NCBI GenBank assembly: GCA_026936335.1 | Contig: JAPMXV010000043.1 | Coordinates: 1-64,000, forward strand | Origin: Mantamonas sphyraenae STR306 | Taxonomy: Eukaryota > Protista > CRuMs | Reading direction: 5' to 3' | DNA: 64,000 nt | In this document: piece after piece, positions 30,772-44,147 of the stretch | Layout of the letters: each line of letters starts with the position of its first letter | Numbering within the stretch: position 1 is the first letter of the stretch | Made by a program: the position numbers and the translations under genes | Notes under the pieces: generated by a model | What the model was told of the DNA's origin: nothing | The model's input: the letters and a program-made list of their open reading frames with translations, nothing else | Database searches by the model: none

Positions 30772-33700
30772 TTAGGCCTCGAGCTCGTCGATCTTCTCCA
30801 TCGTCTTCTTGATGTTGCGGTTGACGCGAGCCAGCTTGCGGTTGATGCGAGCGCGCAGGCGCGTGCATCGGCAAGTGAGGCGGTTGAGCCAGCCGGCGAA
30901 GCGGGCACGCAGGGACTTGTGGTGCTTGAGACGACGCTGGTGGGCGGCCTTCTTGGCAGCCTTCTGGCGACGCTCGTGCTTGCCGCAGCGCTTGTTGAAG
31001 CGATCCTCAATGCGTTCGTAGGCGCTGTTGTACTTACGGTACAGGTCCTTGTAACCGAGGATGTCGATGCGGTTGTCGATGCTGCGCAGCAGCTGGCGGG
31101 CCAGGCGTGCGTTGCGTCGGCAGTTGACATCGGCAAAGTCCTTCCTGAAGCGGTACCAGTGGAGGGCAATGCGCTTGGCGGCGTGGCGCTTGGCCGCACG
31201 CTCCACAGCAGTGGCGGAGCGCGTGGAGTGGCCCACGACGTAGTCGTAGTGGCAGGCCTTGCGCAGGTTCAGGTTGAAGATGCGCTTGCACGCACGTGCG
31301 GCGGCTCGCTTCTGGGCCTTGTTGCGGTACATGACCTTGGGCAGCTTGCCGCGCTGGTACGCGAGCTGCTTGAGGTAGTACGCCCAGGCGTGGGCCTTGT
31401 GCGCAAACAAGGTCTGCGACTTCTTGGCCACACCCCACGTGTGCGAGAAGGCGTCGTTGTAGCAACGACCCAGCCACTTCTTGGCACAGTTGGGGTACAC
31501 CTTGTTGTTGCGGCCAACCAGGTCGTGCTTCTTGGAGCCGTTCAGGCGACCACACAGACCGTTCAGCTTGTTCTTGTACACGCGCGGGTCAGCACGCAGG
31601 TACAGATTGCCGAAACGGCCGTGCTTGTGGACGACCACGCTCAGGCCCTTGTAGGCAAAGGTGACACGGGCGCCCTGACGAGTGGCCAGAACACCGGCGC
31701 CCAGGTTGTAGCGCTTGTTCTTGCGGCTGCTCAGGCCGGCGTGGATCTTGCCATTGACAATGACCTTGCCCTGGGCAGTGACCTCAAAGTGGACGGCGCC
31801 ACCACGGCCGATCTTGCCCGCAGCTGCGGAGAAGCGGCTAAAGGTGTGGCGCAGGGAGCCCTTGGCAAAGCGAGCCTGCACTTCCAGGTCGGTGGACTTG
31901 GCCATGGTGTACTCGCCAATGAGCTGCATCTCGTAGTACACTCCGTCAAAGGTGCGCACGTGCGGGTCGCCCGAGGCGTAGCACTGGCTGTACTTGGTGG
32001 GACGACGGTGCACCTTGCGCACGCGGCGCTTGCGGCGTTGCAGAGCACGCACGTTGGCCAGGTAGCGGGCACGCAGCTTGAGCAGACGTGCACGCACGGC
32101 CTTGGACAGGCGCTTGCTGCGCAGGCGCTTGTTCAACAGACGCAGGCGGCGCGCAAAGCGGCGAGCCTGGTGGCGACGCGAACGCGAGGCCTTGCGGGCC
32201 TTGCGACGTGCCAGACGACGACGCTTCTGGTTGAGGCGCGTGTTGGCGAGGGCACGGCGCGTGTTGGCCACACAGCGACGCGCCTTGTGCAGGGCAGCCT
32301 TGGCACGGGCCAGACGCGTGCGCAGAGTCTTGTTGGACTTGCGACGGCGCAGGGCCTTGGCCACCAGTCGCACACGGCGGGTCTGAGCACGCACAGAGTA
32401 CTGGCAGCGACGCAGGCGGAAGCGACGAGCACGCACAAGACGAGCGCGACGCTGAACGGCAGCGCGACGGCGAGTGCGACGCGAGATGCGGCGGCGGCGG
32501 CGCTTCTTGCCACCCTTCTTGGCAGCACGACGACGCTTGGCCAGCTTGCGGCGCCACGCGAGCACAGACTTGCGGTAGCGTGCGTTGAGCCACTTCTGGA
32601 TGCGCTTGCTGTTGCGGCGGACCACCTTGCGGCCAGCACGTGCCTTGGAGACAAGCAGGCGCAGGCGGCGGGTGTAGGCACGGATGCGAGCAAGGACCTT
32701 GGGGCTCTTGGTACGCAGGCGGCGCAGACGACGCAGGTTGCGAACGACGCGGCGGCGGATGACACGCGACTTGCGCAGGTTTCGCTTGGCAGCACGCAGC
32801 TTGGCACGCAACGAGACGACAAACTTGCGCTGCTGGGCACGGATGCGACGAGTGCGGCACTTGCGCGAGGCGTTACGCATGCGAGCGGTGACAAAGCAGC
32901 CACGCTTGAGGGCAGCACGCATCTTGACAAGGCGGCGACGCAGAGCCTTGGCACGGCGGCCAAAGCGACGAGCAGCCTTGCGGGCCTTGCGGACGCCACG
33001 CAGGCGACGGCGAGCACGACGCAGGGAAGCCAGAGCCTGGCGCTTGTGCTTGCGCAGACGCAGGCGCATGGCACGTGCACGAGCACGCTTGACACGCAGC
33101 ACACGGCGCTTGGCACGGCGTGCAGCCTTGGCGGCACGAGCACGCAGAGCACGCGCACGAGCACGCACACGGGCCATGGCAGTCACGGCGCGTGCCTTGC
33201 GCGTGCGCTTACGCACACGGCGCTGGAAGGCGCAGCTGCGGCTGACCTTGCGCCAATAGGCGGCAGTGTGCAGGCGGTTGAGGCGCAGGCCACGGGTGGA
33301 GCAGCGGCGACGCAGGAGCGTGTTGAGACGACGCAGCTGTGTGTTTGCGTTGCGTGCAGCCTTGCGCTGGCGACGAGCCAGACGGATCAGATGGCGACGC
33401 GAACGTGCGTTGCGAGAACGCTTGGCACGAGAGCGAGCCACACGGGCGCGAGCGATGGCGTTGCGAGCAGCGCGACGGAGGCGGGCGACCAGACGGTGGT
33501 TCTTGCGAGCCACGTGGCGCGCGCGAGCCTTCCAGACGCGAGCACGGCGACGCACAGCGCGGCGGCGCAGGCGCAGACGCTTCAGGGTCTTTGCCAGCTT
33601 GGCACGCTTGGCACGGCGACGAGCAATCTTGGCACGGGTGGCACGCAGGGCGCGAGCCTTGGCCAAGAGGATGGCCTTGCGCTGGCGAGCACGGCGACCG

Positions 33701-36700
33701 GCGATAAGGGCACGGTGCTGCACGCGACGCATGGCACGCTCGGCACGGATGCGCTTGGCCAGCTTGCGGCGCAGGGCACGCATGCGACGGAGGCGGCTGT
33801 TGAGACGCTTGCGGCGCAGGCGCAGGCGCAGGTTGTGGCGCAGGGCACGCTTCTTCCAGGAAGCACGGCGCTTGGCACGCAGGCGACGAAGACGCAGCTG
33901 GAAGGCCAGCTTGGCCTTGTTGTCACGCGTGCGCACAAGTCGGCGCAGGGAACGGATCTTGGTGCGGAGCAGCGCACGGCGGGCCTGGCGAGCGCGGCGG
34001 CGACGGCGGTGAGCGGCCTTGATGGCACGCTTGCAAGAGGCGGCATAGGCACGCCAGACACTGCCGGCGTTGCTGCGGGGCACCTTGCGCGTGCAGTGGC
34101 TGCGGATGGCACGGCGGGCGTAGATGGTGGCGTTGCGGATGTCCCAGTACAGGGTGCGGGCACGGCGCATGGTGCGGCGGGCCAGAGCCTGGCGACGGCG
34201 AGCAGCGCGACGAGCAGCAGAGCCACGTGCACTGCGATGCTGACGCACACGCAGGGCATGGAGACGACGGGCGGCAGCGTAGCGCTTGGAAGCTGCACGC
34301 AGGACCTTGTTCAGGGAACGCAGACGCAAGCGCAGGGCACGCGTGGTGACCAGACGGGCCTTGCGGATGGCGTTGCGCATCTGCTTGCGCTTGCGAGCAG
34401 CCACGTAGCGACGCGAACGGTTGCGCGTGCACAGAGCGTACACGGCATAGTTCAGGGTCTGGTTCTTGCGGCGAGCCTGACGCCTGCAGGCCTTGAGGAT
34501 GCGCTGGGCAGTCTTCTTGGCAAGCTGGGCCACAGCACGTGCGGCAGCCTTGATGTGCTTGGCACGCTGGGCACGGCGGTGGCGGATGCGTCGACGAGCA
34601 ACGCGGGCCATCTTGTTGAGCGAGTCACGCACGCAGTTGTAGAAGCGGACGGGCATGGCGCTCTTGCAGCGGCGCTGAAGGCGGCGGCGGCGGTGCAGGG
34701 GCACACGACGCAGCAGGGCCGAGGCCTTGGTGCGCCAGATGCGGCTGGTGCCGGCCGGGGCGGGCTTGCGGAACCAACAGAGGCCTGTGGAACGGGCAGC
34801 CACACCGTAGTTGGTGTACACATACACGTTCCAGTAGCCTCCGTAGGCCTTGTTGTAGTGGGCCACAACACGCACGGAGCGCTTGCCGGCACCCACCTTG
34901 TACGTCTTCTTGAAAGACTTGTTGGCCAGACGAGTGGCCTTGCCCTTGTACACAATGTCCACCTTGCCGTTGAGACCACGGTTGCCAAAGCGCTTGTGCA
35001 GCTTGAGGGTGGTAAACACAGTGAGCTGCTTGAATCGGAACAGCACCATCTTGCCCGTCTTGGAGTAGACGTTGAACGCCTTGTTGTTGAACGAGCGGTA
35101 GTGCGGGTCGCCCGTAGAGCGGCACGTCACGGCCTTCTTGTTGCGCTTGCGGCGCGCCAGGAAGCGCTTGCGAGCGGCAATGGCCAGGGCACGGCGGCGG
35201 CCAAGCTCATTGTTGACACGGTTGCGCACGCAGGCAAAGAAGCCCGCGGCAACGAGACGCACTCCGCGGCCGTAGCGAGCGCGGCAGGCACGGCGGATGG
35301 CACCACGCAGGCGGCGGGAAGCCACACGACGCAGCTGGGCAGAGGCCTTCTTCAGCAGACGACGGTGCATGGCACGGCGCTGACGCAGAGTGTTGCGCAC
35401 AACGGCGGTCAGCTTGCGCGACAGATCGTACACGCAGTTGTAGTAGCTGGCATGGGTCTTGCGCGAGCGACACATGCGCACGGCACGGCGACGCTGGGCA
35501 CGGGTCATGGCACGCAGCAGCTTCTGGGACTTGGCGGTCCACTTGGCGCTGTTGACATTGGTGCCCTGGCGCGAGTGGCACAGGCCAGAGGAAATGGCAG
35601 CCACGTTGGCACGCGCATACACGTACACGTTGTAGTAGCCACGGGTTTGACCACGGTTGGCAGCAGCCAGCTTCTGGTACTGCAGCACGACACGCACGCG
35701 GCGTCCGTTGGTGCGGAAGCGGAAGGTCTTTGCGCCCTTGCCCTTGCGCACGAGCAGCTTGTAGCTGCGCGGGCCACGCGTCTGACCGTCCTGAGTGTAC
35801 ACGGCCTTGGTGCGTCCGTGTTGCACCGTCACACGCGAGTTGAGGCCACGCTTGGCATGGTACTTGCTGTAGCGAATGTGGGTGGTGATCTTGAATCCCG
35901 GCAGCTCAAACAGCACGTGGTCGCCCGTCTTGCCGTAAATGTTGTACGACTTGCCAGCAAAGGTGCGGTAGTGGGGATCGCCCGTGGAGCGGCAGTGCAG
36001 CTCGCGAGCGGGCTTCTTGCGCACCTTGCGCGGCAGCTTGGTGCGCTTCTTCTGACCGCGGCGGCGAGCAGCGGCATTGTTGCGGCGGATGTACACACGC
36101 ACGCGGTTGCGCACGCACAGGTAGCGGCGATACACATGCTTGCCGTACTTGCGGCTGCACAGGCGCGACACCTGGGCGCGTTGCACCTTGGTGACGCGGG
36201 CAACCAGCTTGGCAATCTGCTTCATCAGGCGGGCGTTGTTGCGCGCCTTGTTCGCCTTGCGCTTCAGACCACGAGCAAAGTCCACGTAGCAGTTGTAGCG
36301 TGAGGCTGGGCTGCGTCGCACGCCACACAGGCGCTGAGCAGCGGCGCGCTTCTTGGCGGCAATCGTCGCCAGGACCTTGGCCGAGCGGCGATCCCACACC
36401 GTGGTGTTGGTCACCGTGCGACCACGGCCAGACACGCACAGGCCCGAGGCCACGCGAGCCACGTTGCCACGCACCGTCACGTACACATTGTAATAGCCGT
36501 GAGCCATGGGACGCTTGTCATCCTCATCCTCATCCTCATCCTCATCCTTGACCTCCTCGCTCTCGGCCTCGCTCTCGGCATCTTCCTGCTCCTCATCCTG
36601 TTCCTCGTCCTGGACGCGGCCACGACGGAAGCGACGGCAGAAGCGCTGGTCTTCCTCGCTGTCGTAGTCCTCGAGCTTGTAGTCCGAGTCGAGCACATCG

Positions 36701-39370
36701 ACGGCATCACCGGCCTCGGCGGCGGCATCCATCTCATCCTGGTCCTGCACACGACGGCCACGGAGACGCCTCCAGGCACGAGCGCGAGCACGTGCGTTGG
36801 CACGTGCACAGGCACGCTTGGCGCGCGCACGAATGGCAGCCTGAGCACGGGCACGGCGGCGGCGAGCGGCGGCTGCACGCTTGGCAGCACGGCGCTTCTT
36901 GGCAGCCAGCAGTTTGGCTGCACGACGAGACGCGCGCTTCTTGCGCATGGCCTTGCCGTACGACGTCATCACGTACTGCAAGTTGAGGTGAACAACCTCG
37001 CCGCCCACCTTGATGGCGTAGGTCGCGCGCGTGCCCTTCAGGCGGTATGCCTTGGGACCCGTGTAGCGGCCCTGCTCGCTGTACAGAGCGAGCGTGTTGC
37101 CGTTGCGCACCTCAATCTGAGAGTTGACGCCGCGCGAGCCCCACTGGCCCTTCAGCTTGATCACGCTGTACACCGTCAGCTTGCCGTAGCGGAACAGCAC
37201 ACGGCGGCCCTGGTAGTTGTACACGTTGAAAGAACGTCCAAAGAACGAGCGGTAGTGCGGGTCACCCGTCGAGCGGCACGTCACACGCTTGGACACGTGC
37301 TTGCGTGCTGCGCGGCGGCGACGAAGCTTGCGACGCGTTGCGTTGCGCGCACGGATCGCGGCAGTCTGCTTGCGGTGTTCAGCACGCACACACACATAGA
37401 ACGCCTTGCGTGTGGCAGCACGGCAACGTCGGTTCACGCTCTTGCGCTGACCCTTGGTCATGCGGCGCAACAGCCACGCGGCCAGGTTGCTGTAGCGGCG
37501 CGCGTTGGCGTCGTTCTTCTTGTCGTTTGCTCGCTTGCTGCCAGCCTTCTTACCACCGGCGTGACGTGCACGGCGCACGCACAGGAAGTAGCGGAATGTG
37601 TTCTTGGCATGCTTGCGACATGCCATGCGGATCGTCGCACGGCGAGCTCCGGTCAGCTTCTTCAACAGACGCGCAGCCTTCTTTGCAAAATGCTTGCGAG
37701 CACGGCGTCGCGCACGCGCAGACTTTTTGCCGATGCGGCTCACGCGAGCACGCACACGCTGCACGCAGCGGAAGTAGCCCAGGCTGTTCGCCTGGCGACA
37801 CTTCTTGCCAATCAGGATGCGGTGTGCCTTGCCTACTGTACCCAGCAGCTTCGTGGCGCGGTTCAGCCAGTAGCGCGAGTCCTTCGGGCGGCCGTTCTTC
37901 ACCAGGCAGCGGTAGTAGCTGCCTGCGTTGCGGCGATGCTTGCGGCACAGACCCTTCACACGACGGCGCTCGTTGCCCTTGAGGCTGCGCAGAATTGCAC
38001 GCACGTTGTGCTTGCGGCGGCGCACGCGGCGACGCGCGCGACGAGTGTGGCGACGGTTGGCGCGGCCCATGCCACGCAGGTTGTCCACCACGCAGTTGTA
38101 GAACTTGGCCGGGTTCTTGCGCACGTTGTTGCAGCGTGCACGCACCTTGGTCTGTTCTGCCTTGCTACGACGTCGCAGCTTCGCCTCGGCGCGAATTGCA
38201 AACGTGTGGTTATGTGCATACTTGCCGTCCTTCGACGCGCACAGGCCACGCGTTGCCGCGTTGGCGCGCTTGTTCTGCGTCACGTACACGTTGTAGTAGC
38301 CCCAGCCCTTCGGCATGTGCTTGTGCACGTGCTTGCGGTTCAGGCGGTGGTACGTCAGGCGCACGTTCACCGAATCCGCACCCACCTTGAACGTGTGGTT
38401 TGCCTCCGTGTTCTTGTTGCGGTTGAAGCGCTGTGATGTTTATCACCCTCCTCCGTGTCAGTCTCTTGCACCTCTGCACTGCACGGGCGGAAAGAAAAAC
38501 GGTGGCCGTTCCACAGAGGGTCTCAAAATTCCACACAGGATTGCTTCCGGCCGCCCTTCCGCAAGCCACGGAGCACGCATCCTGTCGGGAACCTTCACAT
38601 CCCTCCGCAGACACACAGCACACCATCACCGGAACACGCGCTCTGTACATGGGCTCTCCTTGCACGTGCACGCGCCCCCTTTCTCTTTGGCAAAAACCAC
38701 AATCTCACTCCCAAGGCTACGTACCAGATTCTTCGGGCCCGAGTAGCGGCCCACAGTCGAGTAGTGCGCACGGCGGCCCTTGTACACCACCGTCACCGCG
38801 GTGTTCACACCACGGTTCGACCACCACAGGCTGTGAGTCAGACGAGTGTACACAGCCAGGTTGCCTCGCTTGAAAAGCAGCATCTGGCCCTGCATTCCGT
38901 AAACGTCGTAGCGCTTGCCATACAGCGAGGTGTAATGGGGATCACCCGTCGAACGGCATTGCGCAGCATCAGCGCTGTGTGTTCCAACGCCCAAAACACG
39001 CCCGTTGCTCGTCAGTCTCTCAGAGTAACCCCGTCCCCAGATGTGCCCTGGAAAGGCTGCGAAAAAAAAAAAGGCTGCCTCCGTCCCACTCACTCCCAAC
39101 TTACTCCACGTCCTTCACTTCCTCGTCCACAGCGGTCACGCCCTCGACATCAGCCTGTTCTCCAGACATCTTTTGATCGAGAATGCGCTCCACCTCTGCG
39201 TCCTCCTCCGCCATCTCCTCCTCTTCGGTTTCCACATCGTCCACAAGAGGTTGCGCCTCGGCGGCTGCTGCCGCTGACTTTTCGTCAGCAGGTACAGCCT
39301 CCTCAGCCACAACACAGCTGCTCAAGCCAATGATTGCGAGAATCAGCAGAGCAAGAGCTGCAGCCTTCAT
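30772..39370 (-). CDS. Giant secreted Arg/Lys/Ala-rich protein (~2724 aa) with five VWD-like GDPH modules; introns 38975-39104 and 38431-38724
   Basis: Signal peptide MKAAALALLILAIIGLSSCVVA; GTAAGT..ACACAG and GTACGT..TCACAG introns give a continuous frame; C(R/Y)(S/A)(T/S)GDPH five times, each followed later by GLC; the last module is typical VWD (GDPHVRTFDG...GLCG). Confidence 0.88.
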
Positions 39371-39494
39371 GTTGATGGTTGGGTTTTCTTGAGTTTGGTT
39401 GGCTGCGCTGTGACGCCCGCCCCTTGCCAACCCAACCAGACCCGCACCAGCTCCCCTCCGTACAGCAACACCCCACATCACGCGCGCACACATC

Positions 39495-42400
39495 ATGGAC
39501 GCTCTCGATCAAGACAACGTCGCACATGTTGTCCTTGATGCCTTCAACGCGAACAAGATTCAGTCGTGGGTCACCCAGTTGCTCACCTCGGGTCACGTCC
39601 TCCCATACGACGCCACAAAGTCCCTCAACGCCCTCTTCCGAGGCGCGAACCAGCTGCAAAGTCGTCACGACAACGCGCACGACGCTCACGCCATCCGCCA
39701 ACTCCTTCTCGATTCGCTCCTCGACATCCTCCTCAACCGCACGGCAGACTCCCCCAAACTTGAAGCGGAGACCGTCGCCTGTGTCCTCACACACCTTGAT
39801 CGGTGCTCTGCAGACACCCTTCTCAGCATGGTCACCCGCCTCGTCAAGATCCTCGCCGCAGACACAACCAGCATCGGTTCGCCACACCTCCTCTCCCTCC
39901 TGCCCAAGAGCCTCGCCATCATCGGCCAGTACCCGTCCATTCACATAGCCACAGACGGTATGTCGCCATTTCGAATCCAATCCCCCACTCCCAACCCCCA
40001 ACCCCCATGCGCCTCCCCTGCACCTTTTGAAGCTCCGGCAGGTGAGTGGAAAACCAACTTGCTCGCTCGCTCACTTTGCACAACCCACACCCCCTCCGCC
40101 CGTTCACGCAGGTGTTCATCAGCACATCGAGGGACCCGCCATCCAGAAGCAGTTTATCTCCCAACTGTGCACCATCAACCTTCGCGGAAAGCCTGTGAGT
40201 CCATCCTGCCCTGCTGGGTCCACTCCCTTGTGCTGATCACTCACCCCGCCAAAATTCCCGCTCGATTCCCGTTTTCGGTTCCTGCCGTCCGTTCTCTGCA
40301 CACTCCTCGCCTCTGCTCAGATGGCCCCCATCATTGTCATGCTGCGCGACTTGCCTCTCACCAAGGCCCATCTGGTGGAGGCTGTCGACAATCTGTGCGA
40401 ACAGTTGCCGCGCGTCAAGCTGCAAGAGCTTCCGTCTGTTGTCTACCAGCTTCTGCTCTTCTCATCCCTCGGCAACAAAGCCCAGCTCCTCAAGGCCATT
40501 GTGGCACACATGATCAACCTCGACCACGCTGCAAACAAGCACGCGCGCGATGACACACACGACGACGACGGCTCCGCTGCCCACCACGACGACGACGACT
40601 CCATGGACACCGAAACCATCACCCACGCAGACCATGCACAACGTTTCGACCCACTCCACTTGCGCAACATCCAGGGCACAATCCTCCTCCATGTCCACTT
40701 TGCCGTCACCCAAGACCAAGACCTTGGCAAGGAGCTCTTCAAGCTCCTCAAGACCGACCACACCCTCCTGTCTGCGTTCTCCATCGCCCTTCTCCTCTCC
40801 ATTGTTCGTGTGCAGCGCCTCCACGACGCCGTCATCGACCACATCAAGAGCCTTGTCGCCGCACACGCCAAGCTCTCCCAATCCCCGCTCATGGCCTCTC
40901 CCGCCCTCCGTGCCTTCCACCGCCTTGTACACGACCACGACGTGCCCGATCTCCTCCTGCTCGCCGTGGAAAACTCTCGCTCTGGTTGGGATCTTCTAAC
41001 CCCGTCCATTGTCAGCCTTGGCCTCTCCATGATCGACGGCGTGCGTCCCCGCCCCGGTGCCCATCTCGCTGCTGCATCCCGCAACGCCCACGGCCTTCCC
41101 ATGACCCCCGTGCGCGCTGCTCACAACCACAAGATGGACTCCCAAAACATGCCTGTCCCTGATCTCGTCGCTCACCACGGTGTCGACCTTCTCAACGCCG
41201 CCTTTGCAGCGCACTCGGTCACACGAACCGAGATCCTTCAGCAGATTCTGTCCCACGTCGTCATCAAGAGCCCCAGCCTCCCTTACCACCTCACCCTTCT
41301 CGCCACCCTCTGTGACAAGCTCCCTCACGAGGTCCTCCTGCACACAGACCACATCAAGGAGACTCTAGACTACCTCGCCTACCTGCCCCCAGACACGGCG
41401 ACCTCCCTCCTCACCGCCATTGCGCCCCTCGCCGCGCTCTCTCCCTCCTTTGCCGACTACCTCATCATGGTCCTCCGCAAAGCCCTGTTCTCCCGTGAGC
41501 CGGCCTCCCGCGCCGTTGCACTTGACGGTTTTGTTCTCATTCTCCAGCAGGCGGCCACCCTCACCCACCATCGCTCCACCGCCGCCCCCAACGACTCTCA
41601 GGCCTCTTCCTCCTCTTCCTCCTCCTCCTCCTCCTCTGCCGTCGACGACGAGCCGTCCAAGCTCCTCCTCGACGTCTTTGGAAACTTGCGTCGCGCTGCC
41701 TCACAACAGGCCTCTGTGCGTGCTCACTTGTACACCAATCTCGCCAAGCTCTACCGCAAGGCCCCGCTCCTGCGCCCGCTCATCCTCGAGCTTCTCGAAG
41801 ACCAGCTCCACCGCTACCTTGACTCCTCCACGGGCATGCCACAGCTCCAACATTGTTGCAACTCCACCACAGAGATCGAACCAATCCATCATCTCCTTGC
41901 CTGCGTCAATGCGTGCATCTACGTCAACTCCCGCAGCCCGGCAGCCACCGCCACCGCCACCTCCTCCACCTCCTCCTCCTCCTCCTCTCAGGATCAAGAC
42001 GAACCCCTTGCTGCCGTCACGTCCATCATGGACGCCATGGCCAAAACCGTCGCCAACGCATCCCTCGACGACTTTGACCTGGACCTCCAGCAAGACTTTG
42101 CACTCCACTCCGACAGAGGGCGCGCCAACCAGATCCTCGCTCGTCTCGTCATCGGTATCCACGTCGCAACCATGGAGTATGTCATCCTCACCTCCTCCCA
42201 CAACACCGAAAGCATGCTCCTCACCCTCTATCAACGCTCTCGCGAAATCAGCGCCACCCTCGAGTCCGCCACCGCTGCTTCCTCGTCCTCCTCATCCTCC
42301 TCATCCTCCTCATCCTCCTCAGACATCATCTCCCTGACTCCCACCATGGCTCCAAAACCCAAGAGCAAGAAGAAGCGTGGCCGCGCAAACGATTCGGGCG

Positions 42401-44067
42401 CCGACTCTCACAGCCAGGATTCGTCCGTCTCAACCTCAACCTCAACCTCGGCGTCCACATCCACAGACGCACCCCTGCTCAACGTCACCGACCCCATCGC
42501 CCTCACACGCGCGTGCAGCATTCGCATGGGCAGAAGGCTCCTCAAGCACACCAGTCCCCTATCCTCGGATACCATGGACTTTGCCAAGTACGTCGTCCAT
42601 TGCCTCCACACACACCTCGTCAGTGGCCACAACACGAGCCTGGCTCTCAACGCGCCCCATTCTGCCAAGCAAGAAGCCATCTTTCTCACCTGCAAAACCA
42701 TGAGCCCGCTCCTGTACAACCTCTACAAGCACTGGCTCACCCTCGCAAACACCGCTGGCGCCGCCCACATGCGCGATCTCCTCAAGGCAACCCTCCTCGC
42801 CTTTCGCGCTTCCATCGATGCTTCCACACACTACGTCACCATCGACCAGTTTGATCACATCGCCCGCGCCATCGTCGCCGACGCTGGCGCGGCCACAGAC
42901 GCACAGCTCTTCCTCCACGCCACAAACGCCCTGGCTGAGCTCTGCGAGTCACACATCTCCCAGCACTGCGAAGCCGCAGAATGGACTCCCGCCACTCACT
43001 TTGCAGACATTCATGCCGTCCTTGCACGCCGCTTCCTTGTCCGCAAACCTGACTACGCCACCGAACGCGTCAACTGGCTCGATTCCTTCTGCCAGGAACA
43101 GAGCATGGAGCACACGGGCATCGTCTGCCTCCTCTTTGCCACCAACCTGCACCTCAACCATGTCCTCGACGAACCCCACGTCGCAAACACCCTGGCCACA
43201 GATCTTCTCAACGGCAAAGGTCGCGTCAACGCTGCCGACGACAACGAGCTCGTCGACCCCCACTACCGCTCCGTCAACCAGCACACCTACTCTCGCCTCC
43301 TTGCTACTCTCATCGCACACGCCGACGACCAGATCGCATACATGGAATGGCTCCTCGACCAGCTGAAGGACGTCGATCTCGCCAAAGCTGTCCCCTCTGC
43401 CACCTATTCTTCCTCCACACGCATGCACCGTGTCGTATCCAACCGCTCTCTGGCCTCCACACGCATGCGCGACGCCCTCATGCGCAACCTCGACTCGTTT
43501 GTGCGCCTTACCGCCGATGTCTCGCGCACACTATGTGAGGAGCCAAAGAACAGCGAGTCCATGATCCGCATGCTCACTCGTTTCTACGGCCTCATGCAGA
43601 ACCTCGTCAAGTACGTCATCGCATCCAAGATCGGCGTCCAGCGCAGCCTCCAACGCGTCATCGACCAGGTCAGCTCAAACGTCACTCCAAACGTCTACCT
43701 CCAGCTCACCAAGCGCTCCGAGCTCGAATCGTCCCTCACTTCCGCCAAGATGAGCAGGGAGGCTCATCTCATCTCCACTCTCGTCTTTAACATCGAGCAG
43801 TACGAGCGCTTCCTCATCAACCTTGCCAACAAGTCCAAGGGCACAACAAACCTTCTCCGCAACATCCGTCGCAGCACAGCACGCGACTTTCGCATCAACG
43901 TCAACCAGCTCAAGGCTGCCATGGTCGAGGCTCGCAGGGAACACGACAGCGACGACGACGAAGGCGAAGACGACAACGACAACGACGACAACCCGACCGC
44001 CGGATCAAAGAGAAAAAAGGCTTCCCAACCTCCGGCTGCCCTTAAGCGTCAACGTGTGGGCATGTGA
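39495..44067 (+). CDS. FANCI: Fanconi anemia group I protein; introns in 39958-40111 (possible 9-nt micro-exon 40033-40041) and 40195-40320
   Basis: LQELPSVVYQLLLFS, QGTILLHVHFAVTQDQDLGKE, LIMVLRKALFSRE (ubiquitinated-Lys region), QQASVRAHLY, LVFNIEQYERFLI, STARDFRI. Confidence 0.93.
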
Positions 44068-44147
44068 CCGCGCGAAACGACAATTCCAAATGCACGTGCT
44101 CCACCTCCCCGCCACCCAACCCAACCCAAACCCAAATCATTCTCTCC

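Noticed and set aside
30754-36303. 1849-aa antisense ORF (and 36499-38436) opposite the polycationic gene
   Set aside because: Shadow of Arg/Ala codon bias: the sense gene has almost no TTA/CTA/TCA codons; no motifs; A/T/G/Q-rich mirror sequence
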